A DNA stretch of 64,000 nt from a candidate division FCPU426 bacterium (GTDB lineage: Bacteria; Oederibacteriota; Muellerivitia; Muellerivitales; Muellerivitaceae), in contig CAVRAL010000001.1 in assembly GCA_963719085.1 (NCBI GenBank), positions 1,120,001 through 1,184,000 of the forward strand, read 5' to 3'. Below the pieces are notes generated by a model. The model had not been told where the DNA came from. It made no database searches and saw only the letters and a list, made by a program, of their open reading frames with translations. The position numbers and the translations under genes are program-made. Shown piece by piece: positions 1 through 7,985 of the stretch. Each line of letters opens with the position of its first letter. Within the stretch, counting starts at the first letter, position 1.

Positions 1-1020
1 GCCCAATTGGGTCACGTGCTGGTTGGTATCCCGGGCTGTCTTCACGGCGGTTGTGGCGATTTGCGCCGCTTGGTTGGCGGACACCGCGATTTCTTTGATG
101 CTGTGGGCCATGCCATCGGTGGCCGTCGCCACCATTTGAAGGTTCTGGCTGACTTGCGCGGCGCCCACCGAAACCACATTGGCCTGGGTGGAAGTTTCCT
201 GGGTGCTGGCGCTCATCAGCACGGAAGTCTCCGAAAGTTGCTCGGAGGCGCTCGTCAGGCTTTGGATATTGCCGCCGATCCCCCGCACCATCCCCTGCAG
301 CCTTTCGGTAAAAGTGTTGAACGCCCCCGCCAATTCGGCCAACTCATCCCGGCCCGCCACTTCCAGCCGTTTGGTCAAGTCCCCCTCGCCGCGGGCGATA
401 TCCTTCAATCCGTCCAAAACCAGGCGCAAGGGCTGGGTGACATGCCGCTGTAAGCGGGCCGCCACGAGGAAGGAAACCAAAAAAGACAAAAGACACACCA
501 CCACCGTCAGCAGGGTGTAGGCCTGGAGCCGGGTCTGCATTTCTTTGAGGTCCGAAACCAGGTAAAGCGTCCCCACCCGGTCGTTTCCGGAAAAAATATC
601 GTGGGTCAAGGCCACTTGGCCGTTGGAAAAATCAACGCTGTCGGCGTCGGCCCGGTCATTTTCCCGGCCCGGCGGCCGGGGGTTGAAAGAAACCGGATCA
701 GCCGCCTGGGAGCGGTAGCTGGCGAAAGGCTCGCCAGCCGCGCCATAAAGGGCGGCCACCTGGATATGGGGGTTGGCCTTCAAGTTGTCGACCAGCTCTT
801 GGGCGGTTTTGGGGTCATTAAAGCTCAGCGAGGCCGTGCAGGCATCCCCGATAATTTGGCCCAGGTTGGTCACGTTTTGGGCCATCACCTTGGGAAAAGA
901 AATCCTCTCGTTCAGGATGAAAAGGCCGCAGGCCAAGATCAGCGAAATCGAGCTGGCGATGGACGCGATGGCCGTCACCTTGTGCCTCAAGGGTATATTT
1001 TTGAAGTCGATAAAAGGCAT
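1..1020 (-). CDS. Methyl-accepting chemotaxis protein (TM-periplasmic CHASE8-like sensor-TM-HAMP-MCP signalling domain), runs off the left edge
   Basis: Manual translation from ATG 1020 (GGAGAG RBS just upstream): MPFIDFKNIPLRHKVTAIASIASSISLILAC..., second TM, HAMP (GEGDLTKRLEVAGRDELAELAGAFNTF), MCP heptads (TQANVVSVGAAQVSQNLQMVATATDGMAHSIKEIA). Not in the ORF track because it has no stop in the window. Confidence 0.9.
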   Translation of the reverse strand, partial: MPFIDFKNIPLRHKVTAIASIASSISLILACGLFILNERISFPKVMAQNVTNLGQIIGDACTASLSFNDPKTAQELVDNLKANPHIQVAALYGAAGEPFASYRSQAADPVSFNPRPPGRENDRADADSVDFSNGQVALTHDIFSGNDRVGTLYLVSDLKEMQTRLQAYTLLTVVVCLLSFLVSFLVAARLQRHVTQPLRLVLDGLKDIARGEGDLTKRLEVAGRDELAELAGAFNTFTERLQGMVRGIGGNIQSLTSASEQLSETSVLMSASTQETSTQANVVSVGAAQVSQNLQMVATATDGMAHSIKEIAVSANQAAQIATTAVKTARDTNQHVTQLG

Positions 1021-1022
1021 GG

Positions 1023-1596
1023 TCACTCTCCGGTATAAATTTTGGAAACCTGCAGCAGACTGCGCGCTCAAGGTAAGGCCCGCCTTCGTCGCGGGTCCCG
1101 GGTTGATCCCCAGCGTGATGCGGTCCCCTTCCTGGTCAAACAAAATCATGCCGCCCTTGGCCGGGAACCTCTCAATTTCGGACACCGTGAGGACCGGCGC
1201 GCCCTGGAGCGCGGTAAAAATCTCGGGCAGGCGGTCTTTTTCGGAATAGCAGATGAAAAGAATTTGGCATTTTCGGATCGAGGCGGTTTGGGAGTCCTCA
1301 AACCCGTCAAACCGCTTGATCGTGATGGAGCGGCCATCCACCATTTTCCCGTCGACCGCCTGTTCCAAAAGCGTTCCAAAGGGATCGTTTCCCAAAATGC
1401 CGATGGTGAATATCATCGACTTCCCGCCGAACGCCTTGTCGGGCCATTGGACGAACTTGGCGAAGTTGTAGAGATAAGCCGCCTTCACCGTGTACTCATT
1501 GACGTCTTGGGCGGCCGCCCGCGAGGCCGCTCCGGCGGACAAAAGCCAAACCGCGGCGGCCAACAGCCTTTTTATTTTTTTGAGGGGATTTTCCAT
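1023..1596 (-). CDS. yfiR: YfiR family (DUF4154) periplasmic protein; apparent +1 frameshift near the C-terminus
   Basis: Signal peptide then EYTVKAAYLYNFAKFVQWP...IGILGNDPFG...GGMILF...ITLGIN. The expected end (SAQ-LLQVSKIYTGE*) lies in a shifted frame after an extra base at ~1059. Confidence 0.88.
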
Positions 1597-1600
1597 GGGC

Positions 1601-3673
1601 TTAATACCGGACCGTGACTTGGCCGTAAACCGCCGGCACCGGGCTGGAACCGTTTAGGAAAGCCGAGGCTTCCTGGTGGGCGCCTTCCAAGTCCTGCCCC
1701 CATACCGAGATTTCCCAATGGTCGGCGGGCTTCCAGGTGGCGCCCAGGTCCCAGACATCATAAGGGGCCAGCACGCCCGTGAATTGTCCCGTCGGGTCGT
1801 TGATATAGGTCGCGTCCACCCAGTAAAAAGTGGTGTTGAATTGCCATTCGGAAGTCGCGTTCCAACTCAAGCGGCCATCCACGATGTTATGGGGAGGCGG
1901 GTCCCCGTTGAAAATATTGGAGATGGAGTTCGAGGTCGCGTCATAGCCGTTGTAAGTGTAAGCAAGGGCGCCTTTGAGATTATTCGTGATGTCCCACTTC
2001 ACGCTGAGTTCGGCCCCGTAAATCCCTCCCCCATCCACATTGTCCACCAACAGTTCCGCCCCGTAAAAACCGCCGTAGGGAGTCGGCGGATAGCTGGGCC
2101 CGCTATTGACGACAAAATCTTCCCCGATGGTCCGGTAATAGCGGTCATAAAAACCGGCCAAGTCCAAGGACAATTGGGGGGTCCAGCTGGTGCGGAAACC
2201 CAATTCATAAGCCACCACGTCTTCCACCTGCAAATTAGGGTTGCCCACAATGGCGGTGTAAAAAGTGGTGGGGCCCGGAGCCACCTGGCCGTTGAGAAAA
2301 TCGACGATGCCTTCCTCAGCCCGGCTGGGGACCCGCACCGTGCGGGATACGGCCGCCCAGACGCTGTTGGTTTTGTCCGGGGTCCAAAGCAGGCGCCCGG
2401 AGGGCTGCCACTCGTCGCCGGTGTAGGGGTTGTTTTCCAATTTGGCTCCGGCGGTCAGGAAAAAACGGTTCTGCTCCAAGGTCAGTTTGTCCTGCAAAAA
2501 ACCGCCATAGGTATTCAAAGACGCTTTTTCCGGAATGTACAAAGTCCCGCCCGGAAGCCCGTAATCGTCCGAAACGTTGCGGAACTCCAAGCCCCAGGTG
2601 ATCTCGTTCCAATCGTTGAGTTGGAAGCGGTGTTGGAACTCGGCGTCGACGGTGTTCAGCGCGGTCTGCCGGCCCGTTTCCGCCTGCATGTTGACCTGGT
2701 CGTAGTAAAGGTTCAATTGACTTTCCGAGCTGTCGGAAAAGGTATGGGTCCAATTGCCCAGGACATGGTCGTCCCGGTCCACCGTATCGGCGACTTCCTC
2801 AGGCGAAGTTTGGAGCGTGAATGGGTCGAAGGTGGTCCCGGGCAAGTAAAGGTTCGCCAATTGGTAATCCGCCTGGAGGGTGACCAGGTCCTTTTCCTCG
2901 TGCCAATCCAACCGCGTGCCCAACTGCTGGGCGGTCCAATTATCATCGCCATTTTTGTTCAAGCCGTCCGAATCGGAAAAGGGCCCTTGATTGAGCGTCT
3001 TGCCATAGACCCGGTAAAAAAGGTCATCCCCGATCTTGCCCCCGTAGCGGATGGCGCCCATGTTGCTGGCGCCGCTGCCGGTCAGGCTGGTGGCGTAGAA
3101 GCCCTGCGTGATCTTGGAATCCTTGGTGATGATGTTGATGATGCCGTTCACGGCGTTGGAGCCCCACAGGGTCCCCCCGGGGCCGCGGATCACCTCGATG
3201 CGGTCGATATCCTCCAGCGGAATGTCCAATTCATCCCAATTGACCCCGCCGAAGGTGCTTTGGTAAACGCTGCGGCCGTCGACCAGGACCAGCATCTTAT
3301 TGTTATAGAGGGAGTTGAATCCCCGGGCGGTGATGGACCATTGGCTGGCGTCCACCCGGGAAACCTGAAGGCCCGGCACCATGCGGAAAAGATCGGCCAG
3401 GTGCTGGGATCCGCTTTCGCGGATGTCCTCGGAGGTGATGACGTAAAGGGCCGAAGTCGCGTCCCGGAGGGACTCCGCTTTTTTGGCCGAGGAAGTCACT
3501 TGGACATCCAGCCCCGCCAGGTTTTCCAGGCTCATCTGGCTCACATCGACCGTCGGCTCGGGCGTGGCGGCCGCGTCCAATTGGGCCCGGGCGGCGACCG
3601 GCAAACTCAAAACCGCCGATAAACCCAGGACCGATAGCCACATTCCCCGCCGCGCCGCTGATTTTCCTGTCAT
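1601..3673 (-). CDS. TonB-dependent outer-membrane receptor of the type usually encoded with yfiR
   Basis: 690 aa, signal peptide, plug motifs (VITSEDIRESG, LVLVDGRSVY, DIDRIEVIRGPGGTLWGSNAVNGIINIITK), beta-barrel ending in aromatic residue (VTVRY). Confidence 0.93.
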   Translation of the reverse strand: MTGKSAARRGMWLSVLGLSAVLSLPVAARAQLDAAATPEPTVDVSQMSLENLAGLDVQVTSSAKKAESLRDATSALYVITSEDIRESGSQHLADLFRMVPGLQVSRVDASQWSITARGFNSLYNNKMLVLVDGRSVYQSTFGGVNWDELDIPLEDIDRIEVIRGPGGTLWGSNAVNGIINIITKDSKITQGFYATSLTGSGASNMGAIRYGGKIGDDLFYRVYGKTLNQGPFSDSDGLNKNGDDNWTAQQLGTRLDWHEEKDLVTLQADYQLANLYLPGTTFDPFTLQTSPEEVADTVDRDDHVLGNWTHTFSDSSESQLNLYYDQVNMQAETGRQTALNTVDAEFQHRFQLNDWNEITWGLEFRNVSDDYGLPGGTLYIPEKASLNTYGGFLQDKLTLEQNRFFLTAGAKLENNPYTGDEWQPSGRLLWTPDKTNSVWAAVSRTVRVPSRAEEGIVDFLNGQVAPGPTTFYTAIVGNPNLQVEDVVAYELGFRTSWTPQLSLDLAGFYDRYYRTIGEDFVVNSGPSYPPTPYGGFYGAELLVDNVDGGGIYGAELSVKWDITNNLKGALAYTYNGYDATSNSISNIFNGDPPPHNIVDGRLSWNATSEWQFNTTFYWVDATYINDPTGQFTGVLAPYDVWDLGATWKPADHWEISVWGQDLEGAHQEASAFLNGSSPVPAVYGQVTVRY

Positions 3674-3727
3674 TTCGTTTTTCCCTTGTCCTTAAAATTT
3701 GACCGCCACGGTTCACCCATCGGATAA

Positions 3728-3744
3728 AGCAACCCACGTGCCAA
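3728..3744 (-). promoter_or_regulatory. sigma54 (-24/-12) promoter of the TonB receptor-yfiR-MCP operon
   Basis: Minus strand TTGGCACGTGGGTTGCT matches TGGCAC-N5-TTGC, about 55 bp upstream of the start codon. Confidence 0.85.
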
Positions 3745-3794
3745 AACAAAGTCGCTCAAAAAAAGAAAAACAAAGAAACTCCCGCTCCCCAACA

Positions 3795-3827
3795 GCGTCA
3801 TTTCGACTCAGCGGGTATGGATGACCC
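3795..3827. promoter_or_regulatory. Pair of putative enhancer-binding-protein sites (GGGTCA-N3-TGACCC-like)
   Basis: GCGTCATTTCGACTC (3795-3809) and GGGTATGGATGACCC (3813-3827); the same motif pair recurs upstream of cheA. Confidence 0.65.
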
Positions 3828-3845
3828 GGCCGGTCACCTGGAACT

Positions 3846-4283
3846 TCACTGCCAATTCCGCGTCCCCAATGTTTCCTCCACATCCAAAGCCAGCAATAGG
3901 CTGCGCTTGAGTTTGTAAGCTCCCCGGATCAGGCGTCGGGACTCCCCCGTCAGCGTCGCGGGAACCTGCTCAAAAGAGCCCGAGGGCGGCTCCAGCACAT
4001 CCCCGATCCCGTCCACCGGCAGTCCGATCCATTCCTCGCGGTCTTTCAATATGACGCAAAAGCCGGGAGAGGCCCCGCTGTCCCCTGTCAGCCCCAACCG
4101 CCCTTTCAAATCCAAAACCGTGACCACTTGGCCCCGCAGATTGACCAGCCCGGCGACCCAAGCCGGGGCCAAGGGGACCGGCGTCACGGAAAACCCGCGC
4201 AGCACTTCCTGGACCCGGCCGGTCTCAACGCCGAAAAGAAAATCCCCCACTTGGAAGGAGCAATAAGAAGTTTCAGGCGCCAA
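3846..4283 (-). CDS. cheW: Chemotaxis coupling protein CheW
   Basis: YCSFQVGDFLFGVETGRVQEVL, TPVPLAPAWVAGLVNLRGQVV, IGLPVDGIGDV; overlaps the cheA end. Confidence 0.95.
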   Translation of the reverse strand: MAPETSYCSFQVGDFLFGVETGRVQEVLRGFSVTPVPLAPAWVAGLVNLRGQVVTVLDLKGRLGLTGDSGASPGFCVILKDREEWIGLPVDGIGDVLEPPSGSFEQVPATLTGESRRLIRGAYKLKRSLLLALDVEETLGTRNWQ

Positions 4284-6396
4284 TGGGAACGTCCTTTCCG
4301 ATGCCCGCGGCCGCCAGCAAGGCCGGGACGTCCAATAACTCGGTGATCCGCTCTTTCAAGATCATGGAGCCCTTCACGAGCGCCCGGGCGGGCGGGCGCT
4401 GGACTTCCAAGGGAGCCTTCACGATGTCCAGCACCCGGTCCACCACCAATCCAACCTCTTCCCGCCCGTTGTCGTAGACCACGACTTGAATTTTTTCGAG
4501 GTCCCGGTCCGAGGCATTGCGGTTGATCTGCCGTCTTTCGGGAAGCATCCGGGAAACATAAACCAGCGGCAAAATTTTCCCGCCATATTGGATCACTTCC
4601 AGGCCGCCGGATTTTTCCACCGCGCCGGGCTGAAAAGTTTCCAGGCGCAAAACCTTTTCCAGCGACAGGGCCATCCGCCCGTCATCGGGCGTTTGAAACA
4701 GGATCGCCAGCTGGGTCTTATCCGTGAGGATTTCCGGCCCTATTTTTTTCGGCGTGAAGGCTTGGGATTCGGACTGCGCCGATAACACCCGGCAGCGTTT
4801 GGCCAATCCCGGCACGTCCATAATCAGCGCCACCTGGCCGTCCCCCAGGATGGTGCTGCCGGCGTAAAGCGGAATCGACTTAAAATGCCGTCCCAGGGGC
4901 TTCACCACCACTTCCTGGAAATCCGCCACCGAGTCCACCACCAGGCCCAAAAGCCTCTCCTCCACCCGCAAAACCACAATGTTGAAAGCTGAAAGCTCCT
5001 CGCTCCCGCCGGCTTTCAATTCTTGGCGCAGGAAAATCAGGGGCAAAAGTTTCCCCCGGAGCCGGTAAACCGGGGCCTCCGGCAGATACTCAATCCCCCG
5101 GTGGATGTAGCTGTCCTGGATGCGGATAATTTCTTCCACGTGGGCCCGGGGCAGGATGTAAGGACGGCCGTCGCAATGGGCCACCAGCGCCGGCAGGGTG
5201 GTCAAGGTCAGGGGTATTTTGAGTTTGAAGGAGGTTCCCTGGCCCGGCAGGCTTTGGACCTCGACTTTTCCGCCGATCTTTTCCAGGTTGGCCTTGACCA
5301 CATCCAATCCCACGCCGCGTCCGGAAATGGAGGTCAGTTTTTCCGCCGTTGAAAATCCCGGCCGGAAAATAAACTGGGCCAGGTTGTCGGGATCGATTTG
5401 TTCGGCTTGGTCGGCGGTGATCAACCCGTCCCGTAAGGCTTTTCGCTTAATCTTGTCCAAACCCAATCCCGCGCCATCGTCCTTAATCTCCAACTGCACG
5501 GCCCCCGCCTCATGAAACGCCTTCAAGCTGATCCGGCCTTCGGCGCTTTTCCCGGCCTTCAGCCTTTCATCCGGCGATTCCAGGCCGTGATCGATCGCGT
5601 TGCGCACCAAATGGGTCAGGGGGTCGCGGATCATTTCCAAGACGCCCCGGTCGATCTCGATGTCCTCCCCCTCCATTTCCAAAACCGCTTGCTTGCCGCA
5701 GGCCTTCGCCGTATCGCGCGCCAGCCGGGGAAAGCGCCCCCACAAATGGGAGAGGGGCTGCAACCGCGCCTTCAAGACGCCCTCTTGGAGTTTCAAGGTC
5801 AGCTGGTTGAGGGGCTGGAGCACGGCGTTGAAAGCGGGATCGGTCTGGGCGGCGGCGAATTGGAAAACCCGGTTGCGGGCCAGGACCATTTCCCCGGTCA
5901 GGTTCATCAATTGATCCAGCAGTCCAATGGATACCCGAAGCCCGTTGTCTTCTTTCCGTTCGGATGACACCGGCGCCGAAGACCGTTCGCCATCGTCTCC
6001 CGGCTCAGCCGGGGCCTCACCGGCGGCCTGAAGTCTTTTAAGAAAGGCGCTGTCATCGGCCTTTTCCTCACCCGCGCCGGATTCAATCGGCCGCAAACCC
6101 AAGCGCAGCAAGTCGGTGAGTTCCAACAAAAGGGTGGCCAATGCCGGCGTCATTCGGATTTTCCCGTCCCGCATTTGGGACAAGACGCCCTCGCCGCCAT
6201 GGGCCAGTTTTTCGAGGCGGGAGAAGCCAAGAAATCCCGCGGTCCCTTTCAGCGTATGCAGCACCCGAAAAAGCGCCGATAACTGGTTGGCGTCGGCGGG
6301 ATTTTTCTCATAGTTGATCAAGCCGTCTTCCAAACGGTCCAAACCCTCGCGGCTTTCCTGTAGAAATTCTTGGATAATTTCAGCGGCGTCTTCCAC
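4273..6396 (-). CDS. cheA: Chemotaxis histidine kinase CheA (Hpt-dimer-HATPase-CheW-CheW, no P2)
   Basis: FRVLHTLKGTAGFLG Hpt, DPLTHLVRNAIDHG, PGFSTA, SGRGVGLDVV, then two CheW-like domains. Confidence 0.95.
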   Translation of the reverse strand: MEDAAEIIQEFLQESREGLDRLEDGLINYEKNPADANQLSALFRVLHTLKGTAGFLGFSRLEKLAHGGEGVLSQMRDGKIRMTPALATLLLELTDLLRLGLRPIESGAGEEKADDSAFLKRLQAAGEAPAEPGDDGERSSAPVSSERKEDNGLRVSIGLLDQLMNLTGEMVLARNRVFQFAAAQTDPAFNAVLQPLNQLTLKLQEGVLKARLQPLSHLWGRFPRLARDTAKACGKQAVLEMEGEDIEIDRGVLEMIRDPLTHLVRNAIDHGLESPDERLKAGKSAEGRISLKAFHEAGAVQLEIKDDGAGLGLDKIKRKALRDGLITADQAEQIDPDNLAQFIFRPGFSTAEKLTSISGRGVGLDVVKANLEKIGGKVEVQSLPGQGTSFKLKIPLTLTTLPALVAHCDGRPYILPRAHVEEIIRIQDSYIHRGIEYLPEAPVYRLRGKLLPLIFLRQELKAGGSEELSAFNIVVLRVEERLLGLVVDSVADFQEVVVKPLGRHFKSIPLYAGSTILGDGQVALIMDVPGLAKRCRVLSAQSESQAFTPKKIGPEILTDKTQLAILFQTPDDGRMALSLEKVLRLETFQPGAVEKSGGLEVIQYGGKILPLVYVSRMLPERRQINRNASDRDLEKIQVVVYDNGREEVGLVVDRVLDIVKAPLEVQRPPARALVKGSMILKERITELLDVPALLAAAGIGKDVPIGA

Positions 6397-6448
6397 AGGT
6401 TCCTCGGCTTTCGAAGGGTCAAGGCATCAGCTCGATATGACAAGGAAG

Positions 6449-6465
6449 AGCAACGAACATGCCAA
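6449..6465 (-). promoter_or_regulatory. sigma54 (-24/-12) promoter of cheA-cheW
   Basis: Minus strand TTGGCATGTTCGTTGCT, about 52 bp upstream of the cheA start. Confidence 0.82.
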
Positions 6466-6515
6466 TTTTAACCTTGAATAAGCCAAAGTTTGTTCAATAA
6501 CATTTAATAATTCGA

Positions 6516-6547
6516 GGGTCATTTTTACACTTGGGTAAATTTGACCC
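6516..6547. promoter_or_regulatory. Pair of putative enhancer-binding-protein sites
   Basis: GGGTCATTTTTACAC (6516-6530) and GGGTAAATTTGACCC (6533-6547), same offset from the sigma54 box as at 3795. Confidence 0.65.
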
Positions 6548-6709
6548 AATTATGTCCGGACGATTTTAAGCAAACGCGGGTTTTCCGGGGTTTAGGAAAA
6601 AGTGCCTATTTAACGTCGTAATTTGCGCGGGGTAGTTTTGACTGAACGGGGATGATCTCAGTGGAAATCAAAAACATTTTTTTTGGAAACCCTAAGACAA
6701 AGGTCGTTT

Positions 6710-7054
6710 TTATCTTGTCGAATGGGCGCCATCCAAGTGGGTTTGGATTTCCCCGAGGAACTTTGCCTTGGCCCGGGAACCGATCCACTGCCGAATGACC
6801 TGGCCCTTTTTGAAAAGTAAAAAAGTCGGCATGCTCATTACCCGGTAGGCGGCGGACGTTTCCTGGTTAACGTCCACATCCAACTTCACGATCTTGAGCT
6901 TTCCCGCCATCTCGACCGCCATTTCCTCAAGAAGAGGCGTCATCACCCGGCAAGGCGGACACCATTCAGCCCAAAAATCCACCAAGACCGGCAAGTCCGA
7001 ATCCAAAACATCTTTTTTAAAATCAGCGTCGCTGGTCACCGCAAGATTTCCCAT
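6710..7054 (-). CDS. trxA: Thioredoxin
   Basis: VLVDFWAEWCPPCR active site, 114 aa, GGAGG RBS. Confidence 0.95.
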   Translation of the reverse strand: MGNLAVTSDADFKKDVLDSDLPVLVDFWAEWCPPCRVMTPLLEEMAVEMAGKLKIVKLDVDVNQETSAAYRVMSMPTFLLFKKGQVIRQWIGSRAKAKFLGEIQTHLDGAHSTR

Positions 7055-7228
7055 AGCCGCCTCCGTTTGAAAATTCCAACGGGAACAACCTAGGACCGGT
7101 TGAATGGGGGTTCAATGTTCGCGGGGAACTTGGGGAGAAAATATTTTCCAGAATGAATCTAGGCGGCTCAATTGGATTGAGCCATGGGTCACTCTGATTG
7201 AGCCGGCCCAGCTCACAACGCCAGGCGG

Positions 7229-7900
7229 CTATTGGCAATAGGTAATGGTGTAAGCGGCCAAGACATTGGACACGTTCCAAGTGCCGTTGGTCGGCAGATC
7301 CACGCTATAAGCGGCCCGCTCGGCGCTCGCCCCGTCTTCGTTCGCGTCGGGGAATCCGATATCAGTCCCATCGGTGGGTATCCCGAAAGCAAACCAATAA
7401 ACCTGCCCGCCGACCAAGTGGACCGGCGGCAAGGCGAAAGTCACACTGCCCGCGTTGGGCGAAGCCGGGGGGACGACATTGTCCGACGAACTCAAGAGTT
7501 GGTCGGGTCCCGAATTGTCCGAATAAATACCCACCCGGATGTTTCCGGGACTCGCCACGGTTTCAAGTTCCGGCATCACCACCTGCCAGGCATTCCCCGT
7601 CGCCGGAGCCGTAAAGGGCGCGGCATAGCTATTGCCCGCGATGGTATAACTTTGGGTCCCGGTCGCTTGGCCGAAAGTGCCCGACACGGTCCCCGTGCAG
7701 GGCGTAGGGGTGGGGGTGACGGTGACCGTGGGAGTGGTCGTGCCTGTGGAAGTCACGGTGCCCGTGGCGGTCGGGGTGGAAGTGGCGGAGGTCGGCGACG
7801 AGGGCGTGCCGCCGCCGCAGGACTGAAGCCAAAAGGCGGAGGCCGTCAGACCCATCAAGAGTAAAAACAATGAGATGGAAAACAATTTGGGAGGGCGCAT
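7229..7900 (-). CDS. Hypothetical lipoprotein with Thr/Pro linker and C-terminal beta-sandwich
   Basis: Start moved to ATG 7900 (AAGGA RBS); hydrophobic N-terminus with lipobox-like WLQSC; Thr/Pro-rich linker. Confidence 0.75.
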   Translation of the reverse strand: MRPPKLFSISLFLLLMGLTASAFWLQSCGGGTPSSPTSATSTPTATGTVTSTGTTTPTVTVTPTPTPCTGTVSGTFGQATGTQSYTIAGNSYAAPFTAPATGNAWQVVMPELETVASPGNIRVGIYSDNSGPDQLLSSSDNVVPPASPNAGSVTFALPPVHLVGGQVYWFAFGIPTDGTDIGFPDANEDGASAERAAYSVDLPTNGTWNVSNVLAAYTITYCQ

Positions 7901-7985
7901 CAATATCCTTACAGAACAAAAATTTAACGGATCAAAGCCTAGCAAAACTTTATCTAGCTTTCAATTGAGGCCCTTGTTTTCCTGA

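Noticed and set aside
1676..3622. Long + strand ORF (648 aa), and similar ORFs at 48326-49321, 51455-52540 and 55061-56413
   Set aside because: Antisense shadows of well-supported GC-rich genes, with no recognisable motifs.
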